Shown one piece after another: positions 57,346-64,000 of a stretch of DNA of 64,000 nucleotides. A model generated the notes under the pieces. That model was not told the origin of the DNA. It worked only from the letters and a program-made list of their open reading frames with translations, and searched no databases. The stretch's first letter is position 1. Every line of letters begins with the position of its first letter. The stretch is from Solirubrobacterales bacterium (GTDB lineage Bacteria; Actinomycetota; Thermoleophilia; Solirubrobacterales; Solirubrobacteraceae), in NCBI GenBank assembly GCA_025964355.1, contig JAOPZB010000090.1, positions 1,419-65,418 of the forward strand. The letters are read 5' to 3'. The position numbers were made by a program, and so were the translations under genes.

Positions 57346-57492
57346 GTGGCCGCGCCGGTCCCCCGCACGCGCATGCCGAGGCCCCCAGCTCCGCCTGGCC
57401 CTCCCATGCCGCCGCAGCCTGACCCGTTGCCGCCCACTCCCAGCCCCAACCCATCGCCGGTGCCGCCGGACCCGAACCCTCCGACGATCTGA
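57346..57492 (+). CDS. Possible 48-aa proline-rich peptide
   Basis: GTG 2 nt after the DUF1360 stop; reads APVPRTRMPRPPAPPGPPMPPQPDPLPPTPSPNPSPVPPDPNPPTI*. Confidence 0.4.
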   Translation: MAAPVPRTRMPRPPAPPGPPMPPQPDPLPPTPSPNPSPVPPDPNPPTI

Positions 57493-57561
57493 TCTGAACG
57501 CCACAGACCGCGGCGCCACATCGAGCATGCCGCCCGAACGCCTGGGCTCCCCGCGCCTCCC

Positions 57562-57586
57562 GCTTAGTCCGCTCGCAGGCGGGTAC
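57562..57586 (+). promoter_or_regulatory. SigB/SigF-type promoter
   Basis: GCTT-N15-GGGTAC upstream of the ORF at 57646. Confidence 0.5.
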
Positions 57587-57645
57587 CGAATCGACAGGCA
57601 TCTGTCCAGCGGCCGCGAAGCGCGCCGCAGAACAGGAGGTGGACA

Positions 57646-58188
57646 ATGAGGTTCAGAAGGCGAAGCACAGTGGCAGAAGAAGCGCCTCGCGCCGCGGAAT
57701 CTCCCCGGGCGGCGGAAGCTCCTCGCGAACGGGCAGCTCCAACGGCCGGCCCAGGCGCCCCGGTGTCGCGGGCGCCGGTGGGCGAACGCCCTGCGCGCCG
57801 CGGAATCGCGTGGCGGACCCGTGACGCCGGCGCCGCCGTGGTCGGTGCGGCCGGAGCCGGCGTGGTCCTGCTGGCCAGGCTCGTCATGGCTGTGGCGACG
57901 CTCATCGCGCTGCTGATCGGGCTCGCCATCGTTCTGCGTGACGTGGACGCGAACCCGGCCAACACGATCGTCAAAGGCATTCACGAAGGCGCCAACTTCT
58001 TCGCCGGCGCGTTCACCGACCTGATCACATTCAAAGGCCACCCCAAGCGGGCGATAACCATCAATTGGGGAATCGCCCTGCTCGCCTACCTGATCGTCGG
58101 TGGGTTCGTCGCAAGCGTCATCAGGCGGATCGGGCGCGGCGGGTTGCGCTTCGAGCGCACGCGACGCACGGCTGCGACGCACTACTGA
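57646..58188 (+). CDS. Hypothetical membrane protein
   Basis: RBS AGGAGGT; two TM regions, ANPANTIV and INWGIA motifs. Confidence 0.75.
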   Translation: MRFRRRSTVAEEAPRAAESPRAAEAPRERAAPTAGPGAPVSRAPVGERPARRGIAWRTRDAGAAVVGAAGAGVVLLARLVMAVATLIALLIGLAIVLRDVDANPANTIVKGIHEGANFFAGAFTDLITFKGHPKRAITINWGIALLAYLIVGGFVASVIRRIGRGGLRFERTRRTAATHY

Positions 58189-58235
58189 CGGCCGGCGGCG
58201 CTCAGCGGCGGGCCGGCCAGAGGCGCCGGTGCTCC

Positions 58236-59081
58236 TCAGCTGCGCTCGACGAGGCGCAGCGCGAGCATCTCGGACGAGTTCGACGTGGAGACGTGGTGGT
58301 CATCCGCCAGGCGCTCGATCACCGGTCCCACGCCATCTGCGATAGCCGACTCCACCAGCCGCCGTGCCGAGCCGGTGCGCAGCGGCCCGATGTGCAGCTC
58401 GAGGTCGCGCGGCGCGAGGTTGACGGCGATCCCCAGACGGCTGCCGCGCAGGGAGTCGCCCGAGTTCGCGATGAGCGCGTCCGCCACGATCTGGATGTCG
58501 GAGATGCGGTCGGTGGAGAAGAAGGCGCGCGCAGCGAGCGCGCTCAGGACTCTTGGAAGGACGGCCTGCGCGACGGTGCTCGGAGCCAGGATCATCTCGA
58601 CCGTCGAGCTCGTGAGCTCGGCGCCCGCCGGACCGTGTGACTGCGCGGCTCCGTCATCTGACAACGGCTCCAGGGCGCCGGCGTTCGCTGCCGCGAACCG
58701 CATGCGAACCTCCGTGCCGCCGCCGGGAAGGTTTCGGAACTCCACGCTCTGGGTCAGGGCGTGGATGACCGGCAGGCCGATGCCCGGATGCGCCTCCTCG
58801 CCTTCCTCGGCGTGCGGGCGGATCCCGACACCATGGTCGCGCACGACGACCATGATCGCGCCCGTCTCGGCGTAGATCTCGACCTCGAGCGGCCCCTCGT
58901 CGCCCTCGTAGGCGTGCTGGACGACGTTGTTGCTCGCCTCGGTGACAGCCGTGTTGAGGTCGTTGCTCTCGATCGCATCGAGACCCCGGTTTTCAGCAAC
59001 GCCGGTGAGCGCCTGGCGCACCACCAGGACGTTCTCGGGCCTGTTCGAGAGATTCAGGCAGACGTTCGGGATGTCGGCCAT
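58236..59081 (-). CDS. RsbW-like anti-sigma kinase with extra C-terminal domain
   Basis: DLNTAVTEASNNVVQHAY, RDHGVG, GIGL, GGTEV. Confidence 0.88.
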   Translation of the reverse strand: MADIPNVCLNLSNRPENVLVVRQALTGVAENRGLDAIESNDLNTAVTEASNNVVQHAYEGDEGPLEVEIYAETGAIMVVVRDHGVGIRPHAEEGEEAHPGIGLPVIHALTQSVEFRNLPGGGTEVRMRFAAANAGALEPLSDDGAAQSHGPAGAELTSSTVEMILAPSTVAQAVLPRVLSALAARAFFSTDRISDIQIVADALIANSGDSLRGSRLGIAVNLAPRDLELHIGPLRTGSARRLVESAIADGVGPVIERLADDHHVSTSNSSEMLALRLVERS

Positions 59082-59171
59082 CGAGCGGCGATCGACCGGA
59101 TCCGACAGTACCGGCTCGAATGGCCACCGGAAGCGGCGTTGCGGTTGTCGAGTTCTCTGGTGCGGCGGGAC

Positions 59172-59957
59172 TCAGGACGCATGCGTCAGCGTCCGCAGCT
59201 GATCGAGCGAGCGGCGCAAGAGGCGTGATACCTGCATCTGAGAGATCCCGATCCGCTCCGCGATCTCCGTCTGCGTGAGATCGTCGACAAAGCGCATGCG
59301 CAGGATGAGCCGCTCACGCGGCGGTATGTGCCCGAGGACCGCGGTGACGGTCGCGTCGAGCTCGACGAGCTCGTAGCGCTCGTCGTCACGTCCGACCGAG
59401 TCTCCGTAGGCGACGACGTCGCCGTCCGCGCCCGGCCGAGGCGCGTCGAGCGAGAGCGTCTCGTACGCCTGGATCGCCTGCAGCGCGTCGATCACGTCCT
59501 CCGTGTCGAACTCCAGGTACTCAGCCAGCTGGTTGACCGACGGCGCACGACCTCGCTCGTTTGCCAGACGCTCCTGTGCGTCGCGCACCTTCAGCGCGCG
59601 CTCCTGGGCGCCACGCGGGACATGGACAGCCCATCCGGAATCGCGGAAGTAGCGGCGCATCTCGCCGAGGATCGTCGGCACGGCAAATGACGGAAATGGG
59701 TGGCCGCGGTCGGCGTCATAGCGGTCAAGAGCCTTCAGGAGGCCCAGCGAGGCGACCTGCAGCAGGTCCTCAAACGGCTCAGATGAACGTCCGTAGCGGC
59801 GTGCCAGGCTGCGCGCCAGGGGCATGAACCGCGTCAGGAGGGCTTCCCGCGCTGCCTGGTCGCCGTGACGCTGCCAGCGCGCGAACAGCTGGCGCGGGTC
59901 CTCGGCGGTCGCGGGCACGGGGTGTGTCGATGCTGGTGTGTCGGCCATTGCAGGCAT
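59172..59957 (-). CDS. SigB/SigF/SigG family RNA polymerase sigma factor
   Basis: EDLLQVASLGLLKALDRYD, FAVPTILGEMRRYFRD, LTQTEIAERIGISQMQVSRL; RBS AAGGGAG. Confidence 0.95.
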   Translation of the reverse strand: MPAMADTPASTHPVPATAEDPRQLFARWQRHGDQAAREALLTRFMPLARSLARRYGRSSEPFEDLLQVASLGLLKALDRYDADRGHPFPSFAVPTILGEMRRYFRDSGWAVHVPRGAQERALKVRDAQERLANERGRAPSVNQLAEYLEFDTEDVIDALQAIQAYETLSLDAPRPGADGDVVAYGDSVGRDDERYELVELDATVTAVLGHIPPRERLILRMRFVDDLTQTEIAERIGISQMQVSRLLRRSLDQLRTLTHAS

Positions 59958-60105
59958 CTCTACTCCCTTCCGTTGGCGTCTGTACGTCGCAATACAGGTC
60001 ATCCACGACCCCGGCGCTCTGCCGGGGTGAGCACATTGTACCCGGACCGGGCTGCGATATGCACCTAATTTTCGCCCACCGCCCGACGCGAGCTAGGCTC
60101 AACCG

Positions 60106-61503
60106 GTGTTTCGGCACACCCCAGGGAGCGTGCGTGACATCCTCGCTGCCAGACGAGGTGAGGAGATGGCGCTCAACGACCGCTTCCTCAACCCCCAGAT
60201 GGGCCGGATCCTGCGGACGCTGGGCTTCGACAAGGTCTGGACGGGCGGCGAGGGGGCACACCTGATCGACGCCGACGGCGAGCGCTACCTCGACCTGTTC
60301 GGCGGCTATGGCGTGTTCGCGATCGGCCGCAACCATCCCGAGGCGATAGCGGCGGTCGAGGAGGTGATGGCGGCCCGAACGGGCAACCTGCCCCAGCTTG
60401 GAGTCACGCTGCTCAGCGGAGTGCTCGCCGAGCAGCTGCTCTCGCGCGCGCCCGACAGCGTCGGAGCGATGGTCCCCGCGAACAGCGGCACTGAGGCCGT
60501 CGAGGCGGCCATCAAGATCGCGCGCGCGGCCACCGGACGGCCACGGGTGCTCTATGCCGAGCATGCCTTCCACGGGCTGACGCTCGGATCGCTGTCGATC
60601 AACGGCAACTCCGAGTTCCGCGACGGCTTCGGCCCTCTGCTCCCGGGCTGTGAGGCCGTCGGGTTCGGCGATCTCGACGCCCTCGAGCACGAGCTCGAAG
60701 GGGGCGACGTCGCGGCGTTCATCGTCGAGCCCGTCCAGGGCAAGGGCGTCAACCTGCCCGCCGACGGCTACCTGCTGAGCGCGCAGCGACTGTGCCGCGA
60801 CGCCGGCGCGTTGTTCGTCTGCGATGAGGTCCAGACCGGTATCGGGCGCACCGGGCGCTTCCTGGCGCTCGAGCATTGGGACCTGCAGCCCGACATCATC
60901 TGCGTCGCCAAGGCGCTCTCCGGGGGGCTCGTGCCCATCGGGGCCGTACTCGTATCGCGCGCGGCGTTCGACACGGTGTTCGACGGGATGGAGCGCGCCG
61001 TACGACACGGCTCGACGTTCGGCGGCAACGACCTCGCAGCCGCGGCGGCGCTGGCCACCCTACGGGTGCTCGATCGCGAGGGCCTCGTCGAGCGCAGCCA
61101 GCGGCTGGGCGCGCTCCTGCTCGAGCTGACCGAGCCGCTGGTCGAGCGCTTCGATGTCGTCAAGGAGGTGCGGGGCATCGGGTTGATGTGGGCGATCGAG
61201 TTCGGCCCACCCGAAGGTGCGAGCGCTCGCAGGCTGTGGCGGACCGTCGAGGCTCGCCAGCCCGGGCTCTTCTCCCAGTTGGTCACCGTGCCCCTGTTCC
61301 ACGAGCACAGGATCCTGTGCCAGGTCGCCGGACACCACATGAACGTGATCAAGGCGCTTCCCGCCCTCACCATCGAGGAAGACGAGATCAGACGATTCGC
61401 CGACGCGCTCACACAGACGATCGCCGCGGCTGATCGCTACCCGGTGGCCCTCGCACGCTTCGGCCTGCGCACTGGTCTCAGGGCCGCGCTCGCACGCCGC
61501 TAG
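60106..61503 (+). CDS. Class III PLP aminotransferase (HpnO-like)
   Basis: [37 protein letters not shown]; -10 TAGGCT before the GTG. Confidence 0.88.
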   Translation: MFRHTPGSVRDILAARRGEEMALNDRFLNPQMGRILRTLGFDKVWTGGEGAHLIDADGERYLDLFGGYGVFAIGRNHPEAIAAVEEVMAARTGNLPQLGVTLLSGVLAEQLLSRAPDSVGAMVPANSGTEAVEAAIKIARAATGRPRVLYAEHAFHGLTLGSLSINGNSEFRDGFGPLLPGCEAVGFGDLDALEHELEGGDVAAFIVEPVQGKGVNLPADGYLLSAQRLCRDAGALFVCDEVQTGIGRTGRFLALEHWDLQPDIICVAKALSGGLVPIGAVLVSRAAFDTVFDGMERAVRHGSTFGGNDLAAAAALATLRVLDREGLVERSQRLGALLLELTEPLVERFDVVKEVRGIGLMWAIEFGPPEGASARRLWRTVEARQPGLFSQLVTVPLFHEHRILCQVAGHHMNVIKALPALTIEEDEIRRFADALTQTIAAADRYPVALARFGLRTGLRAALARR

Positions 61504-61514
61504 CCTGTCGGACC

Positions 61515-63353
<1,839 letters not shown>

Positions 63354-63427
63354 TCGCGGCCCCCCGGGTCCGGCCCCGGCAACATTGACGCGTGCAGGGC
63401 CAGGCCGGCGTGTGTAGGGTTCCGCCG

Positions 63428-63880
63428 ATGCACAGACCACCGGCTCCACGACGAATCGTCACGCTGGCGCTGTCAGCGATCCTGACCTTCGCCCTGCTCG
63501 TCCCCGCGGCCGGAGCAGCCGAAGCAACCATCGCGTACACGCATGAGGGCGTGAAGGCCTTCGAACAGCAGCTCGCGAGCGGCCAGATCCGCTCCGCCAC
63601 CTTCAACAAGCGTGTGCGCTCGCTGCGCGTCACCCTTAAGGACGGCCGTCATGTGCTCTACCGCTATCCCCCGAAAGGCGAGCCCGCGCTGGCTTCCCAG
63701 CTGCAGGCGAAGGGCGTGCCCGTGACGACCCTGAAGCCGGCAGAAGCGGCCAAGGAAGCGTCGAAAGCGCCCGTCCACCACAAACTTCGCTACATCGCCG
63801 GCGGCATTCTGATCGCCGTGATAGTCATCGTCGGCGCCGTGCTGCTCTTCGATCGCCGCCGCAAAACCGCGATGGAATAG
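63428..63880 (+). CDS. Exported, C-terminally anchored protein with an FtsH-extracellular-like domain
   Basis: Signal peptide; FEQQLASGQIRSATF..LKDG..YP..L.AKGVPV; TM followed by RRRK. Confidence 0.7.
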   Translation: MHRPPAPRRIVTLALSAILTFALLVPAAGAAEATIAYTHEGVKAFEQQLASGQIRSATFNKRVRSLRVTLKDGRHVLYRYPPKGEPALASQLQAKGVPVTTLKPAEAAKEASKAPVHHKLRYIAGGILIAVIVIVGAVLLFDRRRKTAME

Positions 63881-64000
63881 GCCCGATGCCGATTCGCGGC
63901 TGCGCCGAGCGTTCCTCTCAGCAGTGAAGCCGCCGCCGCGGACGCCGCGGACGCGTCGAGGAGCGCCCCTGCGCCAGCGCCCCGACCGACGCGGTGACGT

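Noticed and set aside
60038-60062. Autoregulatory SigB/F box for the sigma gene (GGGTAC on the minus strand)
   Set aside because: The -35 (GCAT) is a poor match, so it was not counted among the 14 boxes.

Overview
High-GC actinobacterial chromosome segment; the gene content suggests Thermoleophilia/Solirubrobacterales (inference). From left to right: a secreted alpha/beta-hydrolase running off the left edge; a reduced arsenic module (arsR, Cys-rich peptide, metallophosphoesterase, aquaglyceroporin); a secreted tandem amidase; a catabolic trio (aldose epimerase, M20 carbamoylase, amidinotransferase-fold enzyme); and an SDR. From about 12 to 60 kb lies what looks like one SigB/SigF-type stress or dormancy regulon, marked by 14 G(T/A/C)T(T/G)-N14-16-GGG(T/C/A)AN promoter boxes. 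It contains a ctaC-ctaD-ctaF-ctaG-qcrCAB respiratory operon whose oxidase subunit I lacks the canonical D-channel residues and has Glu at the K-channel Lys position, with no subunit III in the operon. Divergent from it is a selenocysteine formate dehydrogenase operon (in-frame UGA plus a canonical SECIS). Also present: a carbamoyltransferase/ADP-heptose (GmhA, HldE, GmhB)/glycosyltransferase cluster, Moco and FdhD maturation genes, a type IB topoisomerase, PfpI, and partner-switching regulators (sigma, anti-sigmas, STAS proteins, PP2C). The window ends with a class III aminotransferase, typA and a membrane protein. I saw no rRNA, tRNA, CRISPR array or transposase. All family assignments come from motif recognition, not database searches.
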